This document shows positions 1 to 14,249 of a stretch of DNA of 64,000 nucleotides, piece after piece (the stretch's first letter is position 1; each line of letters begins with the position of its first letter). The notes beneath the pieces were generated by a model. The model was not told where the DNA came from and ran no database searches. It saw only the letters and a list, made by a program, of their open reading frames with translations. The position numbers were made by a program, and so were the translations under genes. The stretch is taken from NCBI RefSeq assembly GCF_001194135.2, contig NC_068987.1, forward strand, positions 69,310,408-69,374,407. Direction: 5' to 3'. The stretch is from Octopus bimaculoides (taxonomy: Eukaryota).

Positions 1-189
1 GTAGTGCCTCTATAAATATCTTAAACAAAATAAGAAGACTCAGTTGCGTAGATCAATAAGTACGTTCTTCGTGAGCGAATGACACACTAATGCCTTTGAG
101 AAAGTCATGAACGATACAAAAAAAAAAAAAATTTTTCAGTAAGGAATATAAAATCAAGTTGAGATAGCAAAGCTTCGCTTGGCAACCAT

Positions 190-480
190 GAGTATCTGTA
201 TTAGACCGGAGCCGTTTAATGCCTTGTAAGTGGATATGGTAGACGGAAACTGTATGGAGGACCATCGTATATGTGTTTATATTTCTGTCTCAAAGTTTTG
301 TCTTTCTGTCTCAATGTTTGCTTAACTGTGTGAGTATGTTTGTGTCCCTTTAACAGCGGTTTGAACAAAGAATGTTAGAATAAGTACCAGACTAGTGTTA
401 AAATAACCATACTGTGTTCCTTTTGATCAACTAAACAATGCTGCGCCATCTTGGCCTCAGTCCGATGACAATAACAAGGA
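190..480 (+). mobile_element. SINE family A, degraded copy
   Basis: GCCTTGTAAGTGGATATGGTAGACGGAAACTG (about 228-259) and GTTAGAATAAGTACCAG...GGCCTCAGTCCGATGAC match the head and tail of the better copy at 62511-62905. Confidence 0.45.
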
Positions 481-1492
481 AAATAAATATAGAGAAAAGA
501 GAATTTTGCTGAAGGTTTAGGTAAACATATTGTCAGGATGTATTTTGCTGTTCATCTACACAGGATTCTTGAAACAAACACTAGTCATTCGTTGACGAGA
601 CAAGCATCCTCCGTACGATTCCTGGCAGAAATCTGAGAGAATGTAAATTAGTTTATAAAGAAGAATTTCAAATTGCCAAATCCCTTGTTTAAATGATTTG
701 AGGGGCGGGGTTGTCATGTTAATATCCTAAACAATCTGCTACAAACTAAATCCTTTTGATATCACAGACATATAACCGACTAAAAAATGGAAAGAATAGC
801 ACACACTGGATAATGTATTCTCAGATATATTATACTTGATAACAAAAAAGATGGGATGCCTTATATCAGGAATACATTTGATTCCAAAATTGCTCTATCA
901 GGACTTTGAATTAAACAACCACTGGAATTGTTTCCCAATTTCGTTTTGTTCAGTTTAGTTCTAAGATGCAAAACGATGAAGTTAGAGACTCGACGAAAAA
1001 TAAAAACCACTGGTATTTTAATATTGGACAAAGACAAAAATAAAACGATGATAACTATGTCCAAAACATTCCCCAGGACTATTTTGAAATTAATATGAAA
1101 AGGAAAAAAAAAAGCCATAACACTGCAAATTAAGAATGAAGTAAAATGAAAAGTTTTCTATGATTACCTTGTCAATGATTGTGAAAATAACAGAAATAAT
1201 GACGAAGTAGACGAACGAAAATCTAGACATTTCAGTTTAGCGGACAGCATCAACAGTAACAGGAACAACACACTCAAGAACAAATATACATCATTAACTA
1301 GAGACTATTTTGTTTTTAATATTTTCTTTCGAAGGAGATCACAGCATTTGTAGGAAATAATAAGAATATAAATAAAAAGATGCAGTAACCAGGAACTTGG
1401 AAAAAAATAATGAACACTTCAAATAATGCTTGTGTGTGCGCGTGCGTGTACTTGTCCGTCTGTGAGTGTATATGCACACACATACCAACACA

Positions 1493-1532
<40 letters not shown>

Positions 1533-2051
1533 GTGAGAAAAATAAGCTGAAAGTTTGACAGATAGGTCGTCGAAACATTTATCTTGGAAGAAAGATGATT
1601 TTATATATAGAAATCACTCATTCATTCACACACACACACACATATACACACATATACACACACGCAAGTTCTATATATATATATATATATATATATACGT
1701 GCATGGAGGAGATATTTACCAGTGCATATATAAATGAATATAATGTATATACAAATGTTTCTATATGAATAAGTATATAAATATAAGTGCGTGCATGTGT
1801 GTCTGTAAGTGTGTCTATGTGAGTGTACATGTGTGTGCATATATGGATGACAGTTTCTCTTATTCAAAATTCTAGGGTTAAAGATGCATACAGACACTTA
1901 CGCGCGTGCGAACACACACGCGCGCGCGCAAAGACGCAGGGACACAATCACATTCATGCGAATACTCTGAAAGATAGACTGGTTTACAACCAGGAAGACA
2001 TGCATTTATAAGAGTATGTATGTGTTGAAATAGTCAATACCAGGGTGATGC

Positions 2052-2102
<51 letters not shown>
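2052..2102. repeat. (GATA)n microsatellite followed by a GA-rich tract
   Basis: Direct reading of the sequence. Confidence 0.9.
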
Positions 2103-2103
<1 letters not shown>

Positions 2104-2270
2104 AAAGAGAGACGGAGAGAGAGAAAGGAGAAAGAGAGAGTTAGTGACGGAGAGAGGGATTGAAGGAGGTAAAGTGAAGAAGTGAGAGAGAGGGTAGTGA
2201 AAATCAGGAGAGTAAGAGGAAAATAAGAGACAGTTCCGTGACTTATATATAGAAAACAGAAACTACCTCT

Positions 2271-2325
2271 TGACAATGCAAATTGATTGACAGGAAGGCA
2301 GTTAAGTTCTGTAGAAATAACTGCC
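2271..2325. promoter_or_regulatory. Candidate enhancer motif cluster (POU octamer abutting a Pbx/Meis decamer, plus two inverted Myb-type sites)
   Basis: TGACA-ATGCAAAT-TGATTGACAG (2271-2293), then inverted repeat GGCAGTTA (2297-2304) / TAACTGCC (2318-2325). Motif match only. Confidence 0.3.
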
Positions 2326-2819
2326 GTGTACAGAAATAATGATTCCTTTTTGCTGTATTAAGATTTCAATAGTTTTATTGGGAATGGGAATCGGGTTGTG
2401 GTGACTATCATGCTTTTCTCTAATGTACTGATGTTTGCAATTAATAAAAATACAGACGTACTGCAATCACCAAGTCAGTTTCCAAACTCTCACTCTCAAA
2501 AGGTCCGTTGATTATGATTTTTGACGTAGGTACAAAGCTATAACTGTTTTTCATGCGGTGGAGCTATAATCGATTATATTCCCCACTGTACTTTATTTGA
2601 CTGATAGTCTATTACATCGACCATCGTATTATTGTTAGACAAAGACGGACGTACAAGGATTTGTACGCACAACTCTACGAAGTGTAAATATACACAGCAC
2701 TATGGTTTATCCAACGGCTTGCTGATTCTCCCGCCCCAACGCTTTCGCAATGATAATAATTTCTGGCATAAGGGGAAAGCCAGCAAATACATACATACGT
2801 AAATACATACAAATGTGCA

Positions 2820-2966
2820 TGCATGCATACACACACACATACATACATACATACATACATACATACATACATACAAACTACAATCATACATACCTTCATA
2901 TATATAGACATGCATGCATACATTAAGTACATGCATTTTCATATTCATATATATCACTACATAAAC

Positions 2967-3025
<59 letters not shown>
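2820..3025. repeat. Compound (CA)n/(CATA)n/(TA)n microsatellites
   Basis: Direct reading of the sequence. Confidence 0.9.
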
Positions 3026-3028
<3 letters not shown>

Positions 3029-3299
3029 GTGTGTGCGTGTGTAATTATATGTGATTGTTTCTAAATAAAGGACAAGGATTAGATTTCCATGGAAGGGTTT
3101 AACAAAGGTTAACTAGTACTTTATTCTATAACAAAGGAGGAATGGATAAATTTGCGAAAATGGCCTCGTTAGGATCAGAAATCTGAATTTTAATATCCGA
3201 GGCTGTAACGATCCTACCACTGCAGCTATGTAATAATTTTCGATTTAAGCAAATGACCAGCAGTTTTGATAATAGTAGGTTCGTATGTTACAAAGATTC

Positions 3300-3410
3300 C
3301 AGTAACTGACTGGTATTTTATTTTATCGGCACTGAAAGGTAATTTGACCCCAGTAGTATTTGAACTCAAAACGGGACAATAACTGTCGGGCATTTTGTCC
3401 GACGCCCTAA
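3300..3410 (-). mobile_element. SINE family B, degraded fragment
   Basis: ACTGGTATTTTATTTTATCGGCACTGAAAGG...ATTTGAACTCA resembles the reverse complement of 3521-3728. Confidence 0.4.
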
Positions 3411-3520
3411 TGACTTCACCGATTCGCCACCCTTAAAAATTGTTCGTAGTATAGCCTCAAGGGAGCGGGGTGGGTTGTTCACAGCTGGGATAAAATCTAC
3501 AAGGCAATATTTCCGACGCT

Positions 3521-3728
3521 CGTTAGAATCGTTAGCACGCCGGGCAAAATGCTTAGCGGCATTTCGTCCGTCTTCACGTTGTGAGTTCAAATTCCGTCGG
3601 GGTCGACTTTAGTTTTCATCTTTTCGGGGCTGATAAAATAAATACCAGTTCATCACTGGAGTCGATGTAATCGACTGAGTTCCTTTCCACTAAATTGCTG
3701 GCCTTGTGCCAATATTTGAAATCATTAT
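3521..3728 (+). mobile_element. SINE family B, near full length
   Basis: AGAATCGTTAGCACGCCGGGCAAAATGCTTAGCGG head, B-box-like GAGTTCAAATTCC, GTCGACTTT...TTTCATC domain and AAATTGCTGGCCTTGTGCC tail; several homologues elsewhere in the window. Confidence 0.85.
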
Positions 3729-4450
3729 TTCCGACGCTTTGACGATTTCGCTAGTCTGCAGCGCTATAAAATAATTAAAAGAAGAAAGATGAAATATCAA
3801 CTCAGAATGTAAAGATGCTTAGATATTACCGGCTTCAAGGATTTGGAAAAGCCTGGGGTTCATATAATAGTACTTTCTAATATAAGCTGACGGTTAGAAG
3901 TTTTGTAGGAAGAGAAAAGTTCTATTATATAGGCTGCTGTACTTGAAAGGTAAATAACATCGTCAAGCATGAAAGTATGAAAGACAAAGAAGTCGGCATT
4001 TGCGGAATCCTAACTAAAAATAAAAAGCAAAAAGACGACACTAAATAACGCATGGTATTTCTTCTGATGCTCGACCGATTCTGTCATTCCAATACCCTAA
4101 ATGCTATTTCCTATAAGAAAATCAGAAGCATTTGATGTTGGTCAAATATTGGATTTAAAACAACAACAGCATTACCAAGAGCAGGAGTAACAGAAACAAC
4201 AACAGCATTATCTAGAGCAGGAGTAACAGGAACAACAAGATCTATAACAACAATAACAACAACAACAACACACATTCAAACAAACAAACAGGAAATTCAA
4301 ATACAAAGGAAATGAAGGAAAAAATATGAAAACACTGTTATTGGTAGAAACGATATAAACAGCTCTTAATGGGATATGCATCCATTAAATAAATGTGTAT
4401 ACTTTGTGAGTATGTGTATATAAAATTATGTAAACACACATATATATGTA

Positions 4451-4538
<88 letters not shown>

Positions 4539-4723
4539 AAGATAGAAACCAGAGCAGAAACATAGAAGCACATAGATTCATGTATGTAAGTATACATTCA
4601 TACGTGCACATATGCATGCAGACTTAGGCGTATGCAGACTTACACATACGTGTATCGCAATGCATTTATGTTTATCTGAGCGTATTACTATACTATGCGT
4701 GTACGCATGTGTGAATATATTAC

Positions 4724-4754
<31 letters not shown>

Positions 4755-5732
4755 CGTGTCTATGTAGGTGAGTGTGTATGTGTGTGTGTTAGTGCGTGTG
4801 TGTGTGTGTGTGTGTAAATATATTAATCTACATGAATATATATTTTCGCAAACAATTGTATTATACAAGACAGTTTATACAAGTAAGCATCTATATATAT
4901 TTATGTAGACACTTCATATTCACAGATATATATACACGTCTCATCTAGCTTTATTATGTGTGTGTGTGTGTGTGTGTGTGTCTGTGTCTGTACATGTATT
5001 TATGTATGTATGAATGTGTATGTGTGAGTGTGTGTGCTTATGTGTGTGCGCGCGTGTTTGTGTATTTGTCGATATGTACAAATGTAAAAATACGGATATA
5101 TACATTATAAGTACATACATACATTTTGAAAATATATACAACAAATATGTATAAAACTTATATCTTAAAGGAAGCAGAAGAAAAAATGTAGAAATGAAAG
5201 GGAACAAATACGAAGAGTGTGCGAGTGAGCGATAGAAAATGGGAATAAAATTGGAGAAAGACTGATAGAGAGAGATANNNNNNNNNNNNNNNNNNNNNNN
5301 NNNNNNNNNNNNNNNNNNNNNNNNNNNNNNNNNNNNNNNNNNNNNNNNNNNNNNNNNNNNNNNNNNNNNNNNNNNNNNNNNNNNNNNNNNNNNNNNNNNN
5401 NNNNNNNNNNNNNNNNNNNNNNNNNNNNNNNNNNNNNNNNNNNNNNNNNNNNNNNNNNNNNNNNNNNNNNNNNNNNNNNNNNNNNNNNNNNNNNNNNNNN
5501 NNNNNNNNNNNNNNNNNNNNNNNNNNNNNNNNNNNNNNNNNNNNNNNNNNNNNNNNNNNNNNNNNNNNNNNNNNNNNNNNNNNNNNNNNNNNNNNNNNNN
5601 NNNNNNNNNNNNNNNNNNNNNNNNNNNNNNNNNNNNNNNNNNNNNNNNNNNNNNNNNNNNNNNNNNNNNNNNNNNNNNNNNNNNNNNNNNNNNNNNNNNN
5701 NNNNNNNNNNNNNNNNNNNNNNNNNNNNNNNN

Positions 5733-5777
<45 letters not shown>

Positions 5778-6100
5778 GTAAAAAAATAATTAAATAAAAT
5801 ATTTATAAAAAGAAGCAGATAGAAAGAATTAAAAGCAACTAACAAACTTTCCCCTCCTGAGTTCTGGGAAGATTAACCTCTAGCTGTACAAACCATTATC
5901 GTGAATTGTGGAATATATCTTTTCAGAGATGAACCATTATGATATAGCGTACGATAACTCATAATAACATTCAGGTAACTTTTAATGGGAATATAAGTAT
6001 TTGTTGAAAGACATCTTGTATAGCATAACTTCTGTTACAGACGCACACATAAATGTACATAGAAACACACATACAGCCAGTATGTGTATGTATGAATGCG

Positions 6101-6147
<47 letters not shown>

Positions 6148-7302
6148 TTGTATGCATGTAATGCATATATGAGTATGATTATATGTATATATGTGTATGT
6201 GTGTGATGAAAACTTAACATTTGCATATTTGTCTATGAATGTACAATTATGAATCGATACTCATACAGATACAAGTGTATCTCTACACATATATACCGGA
6301 ACGCAATCATACGCTCTTACAGACAGTTTGAGAACGTGGGCACGTGAGTATACATGCATACATACATACACACGTACACATACACACACATACACATACA
6401 CACACATACGCACACATACATGCATACATACATACATACATACATACATACATACATACATACATACATACGTACATAAAAACATATTGATTATTTAGGT
6501 TGAGTTTATAGCATATATAACTCTGGAGTTTCTCCTATATGTTGTTCTTTCCTAATATAACACATGTCCAGTGTTGTCTTTGAGGAAACGATTACTAGGG
6601 AAATCTTCAGAATAATAGATGCCTAAATCAGTCTAAATTATCTATTACATTCTATGTTTTACTCTCGTTGCTTACAACAAATAGACGTATACATACATAT
6701 TTATATGGCTTAACAAGCCGAAACTCGAAGACCCTGTCAATTTGATTTTCACAAGTTTCCCTCCAAGTATAGACACAAAACATTTGTTAACCTTACTTTA
6801 AAATAATTAACGTATTTTAACATTTACTAGTCGGCAAGAAGCTGAGATGGGGTTAAACATCCGCAACAATAATGGAATTTATATATTCTATCCAAGAACC
6901 GTATTCTGCTAGTTAAATCTGTCAAGTTCATAGTGATTGCTCTAATGTCCTTAGTAATGCATGGATAATTTAACTCCCTATTGTCTTAGCAGATGGAATC
7001 AATTAGTATGATTATTCTTTCTTGGGTACCCATGTATCAGTTTATCAGTTACCTATGCATACTATATTTAATGTAAAGTGGATATAGCATTTATAGACAT
7101 GTTGAAAATTAAGATTCTTTGGTAATTATTTTATTCATTCAACACAATGCGACAAATTAAGCCAGTTGTCATAAGAGATTTTTTTTTTCTCCCTGGAGCT
7201 TATATGTTTCCAAATTTAAAATGTATTTTCTTCTTTTCCTACAGTTATATGTTTGCGCTTGATCTTCAAATAATATAAAAATGCTACGTCTTACTAGTGA
7301 AC

Positions 7303-7351
<49 letters not shown>

Positions 7352-7511
7352 TTGACTACAGGATTAGAGCATTTTAGTTCTTATTTCTAGCAATGTACGT
7401 GTTTCTAACACCCTAGTCACATTTAGTGATGGTTATAACTTTCCTTTTTGGTGAAACATTGCAAACTGCAGTCTACATTAATACACAGCAGTTTGCAATG
7501 TATATGTGTAT

Positions 7512-7680
7512 ATATACGACGAGCTTCTCCCAGTTACCAGATCTACCAAATTCACTCACAAGTCTTTAGTCGGATTGAGGCTATAAAAGAAATCACTTGC
7601 CCAAGATGCCACGCAGTGGGACTAGAAGCAAAACCGTGTAGTTTGGAAGCAAACATCATACAGCCACGCCTTCGCCTATA
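7512..7680 (-). mobile_element. SINE family A, head half only
   Basis: CACTTGCCCAAGATGCCACGCAGTGGGACT...CAGCCACGCC is the reverse complement of the family A head. Confidence 0.8.
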
Positions 7681-8059
7681 AAAATGTGTGTGATTGTGTG
7701 AGAGTGTGTTTCTATGCCTGTGTGTATATGTATGTGTATTTCTGAGTGTGTTAATGCGTGCTTGTGCGTGTGCCTGTGTGTGAATACCTGGCTTGAGACC
7801 ATAGGCGTAACAATCCATATCTTAGACATGGCCTTTGATTTCTAGTTTAGCGCTACTTGAAGATACACAATCTAATCCCGAGCGATCTATGATAAATGAT
7901 GTTCTATCTATTTCAGATGTCTCCCAAACCATTCTCTCCCTATTACATTCCTTCTCTTTCTTTAATTTTCACTGTTATTAGTTAATCTTCAGACGTAAAT
8001 TCCTTACATGACTCATCGAATTGGGTATAAGTTATTTTTCTTTCACATCACTCATTTGA

Positions 8060-8560
8060 AATACGAAACAGTGATCATGGTTCGAACCGAATAATTTAAT
8101 CTTAGTTTCAATCCTCCTTTAAAGCAGAGATTGTATTAACTTTACCGAGTCTTCCGTAGTTTCCAGCGGTAGACTCTGTTTCAAAACGAAGTTCTGAACA
8201 TTAAAAGAATTCTTCTTACAAGGAATATTACTCGAGAAATATCTCACATGTCTTGAACTTTCATTCAAACTTAATGTAGCCGAAGGAGAAAATGTAAACG
8301 TTGCATCTTTTGCGATAATAGAACGTCTTTGAGTAATGTGAAATCTATATTTAGGTCTTTTGAAGATCCGAACATAAAAAAGGCGAATCCATTTTCAATC
8401 TTGAGGTTTATTCATTGTGTTCATATCGAGGTTAATAACCCCGTGGCTAAGAGATCGATTCAATCGGAATTCTATCCAACAATCTCCAGAAAGCTGATGT
8501 CATAATATGTCAACACCATCAGACTTAGCTGATATGAGAAAAGTATGTCCGTTCTGAAAT
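8060..8560 (-). pseudogene. Possible highly decayed Penelope-like reverse transcriptase remnant
   Basis: Manual minus-strand translation with frameshifts gives pieces KSDGVDI, FYVRIF, FET-VYR and KLIQSLL in the order expected for PLE RT (xDGVAMG, YVDDIF, FxTxVYRK, GLIxxLLxRA). Weak, compared from memory. Confidence 0.25.
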
Positions 8561-8775
8561 GATTTTTCTTCGATTGCTGCCGCAGAATGTGGGAGACAGT
8601 AAAGTTCTGAGGAAATGAGAGAAGTCAGAAGGTATGTGATATATATATACTGCTGAAAAATTGTTAAAAATCTCTCCCAGAATTAATTAGTGGAAAAGAA
8701 TAATTATTTTTATACAGGCATTTCGGCTAAATTGCGAGCATTGTTAGTGTAATTGTTTCAAATTTTAGCACATGT

Positions 8776-8940
8776 CCAGTGATTTCAGGAAAGAAGCTTA
8801 GTCGATATCCCATCAATGCCAGTCCTCATATTTTATCGTCCCCGTCGATCTTAGAGGAATTTGAACACAAAATTTAAAGACTGACTAAATGCCGTGATGC
8901 ATTTTGTCCGGCGTTCTAACAATTCTTCCAGTTCGCGGCC
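8776..8940 (-). mobile_element. SINE family B, degraded
   Basis: GGAATTTGAACAC...GCATTTTGTCCGGCGTTCTAACAATTCTTCCAGTTCGC. Confidence 0.55.
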
Positions 8941-9202
8941 TTGCGTTGCAAGAATATATCACGTAGTAGACATATTAGAACAGGAATGTTAAAATTGTAT
9001 GTGTTTGAGAGCCGGATTGAAGTATAGATTTCTTGACCTGGATAGGGACAAATATTCTTGGAAATCTTATTCATAGTGTATGCCAAATTAATTGGGGAAA
9101 GGATTAATATACATCATAACAACGTTATTAACAAAAGAGGGTAGAAATGCATAGGAGACATTAGTAAAGGTTTTATATGTAGGAAAAACGCATCAATGGG
9201 GT

Positions 9203-9263
<61 letters not shown>

Positions 9264-9418
9264 NNNNNNNNNNGGCCCCTCCTCCGATTTCTAGCCTTGT
9301 GTCTATGTAAGAACCTGACCTAATGAATGGCTATCTTATGGGTTTCATTATGCCTCAAGCATATTTGAACCAGTAACATGTTAGTATTTATACATATCAT
9401 TGGTTAGCGATTTTGTAC

Positions 9419-9619
9419 CGTACAAGGCCAGCAATTTCAAGGAGAGAGTAAGTTGACTACATCAAACCCAGTGCTCAACTAGTACTTATGTCATTGACCC
9501 TCACTTCCAAAAGGATGGAAAGCAAAGTCGGCCACGGTGGAATTTGAACTTAGAATGTAAACACGGACGAAATTCGATGAGCGTTTTGACTGGCGTGCTC
9601 ACGATTCTGCCACCTTGCC
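9419..9619 (-). mobile_element. SINE family B
   Basis: CAAGGCCAGCAATTTC...GCAAAGTCGGCCACGGTGGAATTTGAACT...CACGATTCTGCC. Confidence 0.75.
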
Positions 9620-9687
9620 AACTTAACCCAACCTAATAGAGGTTTTAAATTTCAGCACTGTGTCATTGATTCCGGGTAAGGGTCTAG

Positions 9688-9850
9688 GTCATCAAGTACC
9701 CCGATGCTCAACTGGTACTTATTTTTACGGACTCTGAAAGGATAAAATGCAAAGTCGACCCGTGCGGAATCTGAACTCAGAACTTAAAGACAGACGAAAT
9801 GTCGCTAAATATTTTGCTCATCGTGCTAATGATTCTGCCAACTCGCTATC
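9688..9850 (-). mobile_element. SINE family B, second tandem copy
   Basis: GCTCAACTGGTACTT...GCAAAGTCGACCCGTGCGGAATCTGAACTCAG...GATTCTGCCAACTCGC. Confidence 0.75.
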
Positions 9851-10604
9851 TTAATTTAACCTAATAATATTATTAAGACTTTGAAGGTGGTTGCAAAAGT
9901 AAATACCTGAGCTAAATAAATGTTTAATATCACTCATTTCCATTCATACAATTTTCGAAGCTCAAATACTCCCAAGTCCACTTATTCACTTGGGCTGATT
10001 CAATCGACTTCTCTTTTTCATAGTTGAAGCCATTTATCGGTGTATGAAATCTACGTTACTATTAAATTGTACTGAAAATAAAATTTCAACTGCAGGTGAA
10101 GCGTAATTTGATTAATTGACCAAATTTAGTAAAAACTCTTGACCTTCATTCTGCCATGATCAAACAGTATTTCAAATGAGAAAAATGCTGATTTTTTTTC
10201 TAACATTTAATTTAGCTATCATTTGAAAATACTAAATTTTTTGCTATTCTTCTTCAGTGCAATATAAAAATATAATAAAGCAAGCTATTCCACGTATTGT
10301 AGGTTTGCGTTCACACGAAATAAAATGATGTATATAGCAATGCGCTACTTGGAGTTTGAATCAATAACTCCAGGGATGACTTGTAAAATTGCTTTAGAGT
10401 TTTTATTGAGAAAAAATCTTTATATTTAGTGTTTTCTAATTTTGACATTTTGTATCGCAGCTTAGTACTTTAGTTGTTTACATGGATTTCTCGATTACAT
10501 AAAAAAAAACAAAAAAAAAAAAATTCGAGTTTCATTAAAAGAAGTCGACCATCGAACTTGAAAGCAAGCGTAAAAAAATAGTGTTTCTGTCATTTTATTG
10601 TTGA

Positions 10605-10662
10605 CATCGTCATCGCCGTCGTCGTCGACGCCATCATCATCATCATCACTAGCATCGCTGTC

Positions 10663-10715
<53 letters not shown>

Positions 10716-10728
10716 TTATCATCATCAA
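10605..10728. repeat. (GTC)n/(ATC)n trinucleotide repeat
   Basis: Direct reading; explains the poly-Asp ORF 10495..10728. Confidence 0.9.
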
Positions 10729-11547
10729 TACTTGACATTACTGACGTCGATGGAATTGCATTAACGTTTGACGATTATATCTGATATCATATGCTCTGAT
10801 AATGTGGTGTTAAATCCTGCATGAGTAGACTTTGCCTTTCATCCTTTTTTAGGCATCAGTAAATGACACCTCCTGGGATCCATTCAACAAACGCTTGGTA
10901 TCGTGCCAATGTAAGAAATCAAAGCGTGTCGTTAACGTAGTATTATAATATAAGGTTAATACTGAATGAACAGAAGTATGATCCAAGGCTTTCCTTCCAC
11001 GACTACCCTGTCATTAGTTTAACTATACTAAATCTCTGGCTACAGTATCTAATGTGACTGACCTTCATTCATTTTTTAAGACAGCTTCCAATGTCGTATA
11101 AGTTGTCTTCGATAAAACATATACATGATCGAAAGTACTCGAGCCGCGATCATCCCATCGTTCATAAGATTACTAAATTACATTACCTAATATATCGTTT
11201 TCATTTTTAAAACATATTAGGGCATTTAAGTTAGATTTTGTTGCCATTTGTAGCAATTCTAGCGATGAGGTAGTGATGCTTACGTTTGGTCTAGATGTTT
11301 CCGGCAATATTCTCTACGTACTCTTATTCTGTTGATGTCACCCACTGACATTGCAGTGGTTAAGCCGCTTCGATTGATCTTAGTATTGTAGTATTTACTG
11401 CTGTCATTGTTATCTCAGTCGTTGAAAAAGTAGTTCAATACTTTTTTTTCCAGCGCAGGTAGTTGGGGATCCAGGTTGGTTCTGCTACATACGATGAATT
11501 GCATTGAAGTAGAAGCACTGCATGTTTAGTGTTATTTTAGATTATAT

Positions 11548-11970
11548 TACTCTTTTACTCTTTTTTATTTTACCTGTTTCAGTCATTTGACTGCGGCCAT
11601 GCTGGAGCACCGCCTTTTAGTCGAGCTAATCGACCCCAGGACTTATTCTTTTGTAAGCCTAGTACTTATTCTATCGGTCGGTTTTGCCGAACCGCTAAGT
11701 TACGGGGACGTAAACACACCACCATCGGTTGTCAAGCGATGTTGGGAGGACAAACACAAACACACAAACATATACACACACATACACTTATATATACATA
11801 TATAAGACAGGATTCTTTCAGTTTCCGTCTACCAAATCCTCTCACAAGGCTTTGGTCGGCCCGAGGCTAAAGTAGAAGGGACTTGCCCAAGATGCCACGC
11901 AGTGGGAATGAACCAGGAACGATGCGTTTGGTAAGTAAACTACTAACCACACAGCCACTCCTCCGCCTAT
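11548..11970 (-). mobile_element. SINE family A, full length
   Basis: Tail TACTCTTTTACTC...CAGTCATTTGACTGCGGCCATGCTGGAGCACCGCC, internal CA/TA linker, and head ...CACACAGCCACTCC; colinear with 62511-62905. Confidence 0.9.
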
Positions 11971-12629
11971 TATTTAATGTTTCTTCTTTTTTTTTTCTTT
12001 TAAGGCAGTAAAGTGTGATTTCAAAACAGATTTAGTTGCTATTTCTTGCAAATTAAGTGACCATACTGAGAATACCTCATTAGCTTGCTTCTTGAGGTTG
12101 TCATCGTCGTCGATACCGTTGTTATTGAAGTTACAAGAGTAATTATTGTTGCAGTGAATGTTGTGAATGATCTCCTTTCTAATATTATTAGTTGGCTTGC
12201 TATTGCTTTTATTATTGAAATTTCAATTTGCCAATGCTGTATTTCTTGTTTTGCTTAATGTTGTTGCTGTTTTCATTTTTACAATTCATACTAATTTTTG
12301 TGCAGGTTTTGTTCCCCTTACAAATAGTTTTACGTTGTTGTTGTTATAGTTGAAGTTGTCTGTAAAGCCGTGGTATATATATATATATATATATATATAT
12401 CTATATCTATATATNNNNNNNNNNNNNNNNNNNNNNNNNNNNNNNNNNNNNNNNNNNNNNNNNNNNNNNNNNNNNNNNNNNNNNNNNNNNNNNNNNNNNN
12501 NNNNNNNNNNNNNNNNNNNNNNNNNNNNNNNNNNNNNNNNNNNNNNNNNNNNNNNNNNNNNNNNNNNNNNNNNNNNNNNNNNNNNNNNNNNNNNNNATAT
12601 ATATTTATATATGTTGTTGTACGAATGGT

Positions 12630-14052
12630 GTATGTTATGGATTTTGCTGTTGATGTTGTTGAGGATATTGTTTTTGTTGTTGTTGTTGTTGTTGTTGTTG
12701 TTATTGATGTTGTTGAAAAATACCGTTTATAAATGGAAAAGCTGACACTAAAGTTGAGCTAAAGAATCATTCCAACGATGTGTAATCGTAAACTGTGTAA
12801 CCTTAAGTTGACTTTGAATTATTGCCACTGCTGATAAATTGCAAGATTTAGCAACAGACGTACCTCAAAGAAATGCAGAAAGGAATTAAATAAAAAGAGG
12901 TATGGGCAAAGTGCGATTTGGTGAAAAAGAAAAAAGAAACAATCAAAAACAAGAAAAAATTTAAGGTTCAAAATGAAAGGAAACTAAACTATAAATGGAT
13001 AACAAAATGGCTTCCCCGACAAAATATTAGATTTATTCCTCTTCCTCCTCCCATCCACCTCATACTCCAACTACTACTACTACTACTACTGTTCCTACTG
13101 CTGCTGTTGCTGTTGTTGGTGATGGTGATGATGATGATGATGATGATGATGACGATGATGATGACGACGACGACGACGACGGCGATGACGTTGACGATGA
13201 TGATGGTGATGATGGTGATGATGATGACGATGATGATGGTGATGATGATGGTGATGATGATGACGATGATAACGATGATGACGATGACGATGACGATGAT
13301 GATGACGCCACTGCTGGTGATTTCTTTATTAGCCACAAGGGTTGAAAAAGTAACAACAACACTAATGATAATAATAATAATAAATTTATCATGAAAACTA
13401 TAATTGTGACCACTCCTAAAACAACAACAAGAGTTTGAAATAGAATAAATAAGAAGATAACTAAATAATCCTGTCTTTTCTTAAGCTAACGTTGAAATAT
13501 GTTATTGTGCCTCAGGAAGTTTCCAAACAAACAAAGCTGTACAATAAAAACGAAAAAAACACAAGAACAACGGCAACAAAACCAATTATCTTCCTCATAC
13601 GTCTCTTCACTAATCGTTAAGTGAAACAAAACAAATACATAAAGGACGAAATAAAGTGACATAAATAAATAAATAAATAATAATATTATTAATAATAATT
13701 GACTACGACGGCAGCGTTGATGACGAATATTTTGCTGCTGATGACGACGATGATGATGATAAATATAGAGATGGAAATGATGGTGGTGGTGGTAGTGGTG
13801 GTGGTGGTGGTGGTGGTGGTAGTGTTGCTGCTGATGGTGATGGTGATGATGAAGACGTTGATCCTGAAAATGGTGATGTTAAGGAGGGAAAGTTTAAAGA
13901 TGAAGAAGAGGAGGAAGACGTTCCTGTAACAGCAGCACAGTAAGCAGCAGCAACAACAACAACACAACAGCAGCAGCTGCGTTGTGTGCTGTTTTTGTTG
14001 TTGATGGTGGTGCTGCTGTTGTCATTGCTGCTGCTGCTTAGTACGATGATGA

Positions 14053-14085
<33 letters not shown>

Positions 14086-14211
14086 GGAGGAGGAAGATGA
14101 AGAGAACCAGTGGAAGTGGTAGAAGAGGCAATTGGTTGAGGTGGTGGACATGAAACGGCAAAAAAAGTAATATTTTTTTTTGTATAAGCTTATTTATTTA
14201 TCATATATAAC

Positions 14212-14249
<38 letters not shown>

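Noticed and set aside
4161-4235. Two 36-bp direct repeats (CAACAACAGCATTA..AGAGCAGGAGTAACAG)
   Set aside because: Only two adjacent units with no spacers, so not CRISPR; a local tandem duplication in AAC-rich DNA.
10104-10114. Paired-class homeodomain palindrome TAATTTGATTA (also near 33950)
   Set aside because: TAATNNNATTA is expected several times by chance at this AT content.
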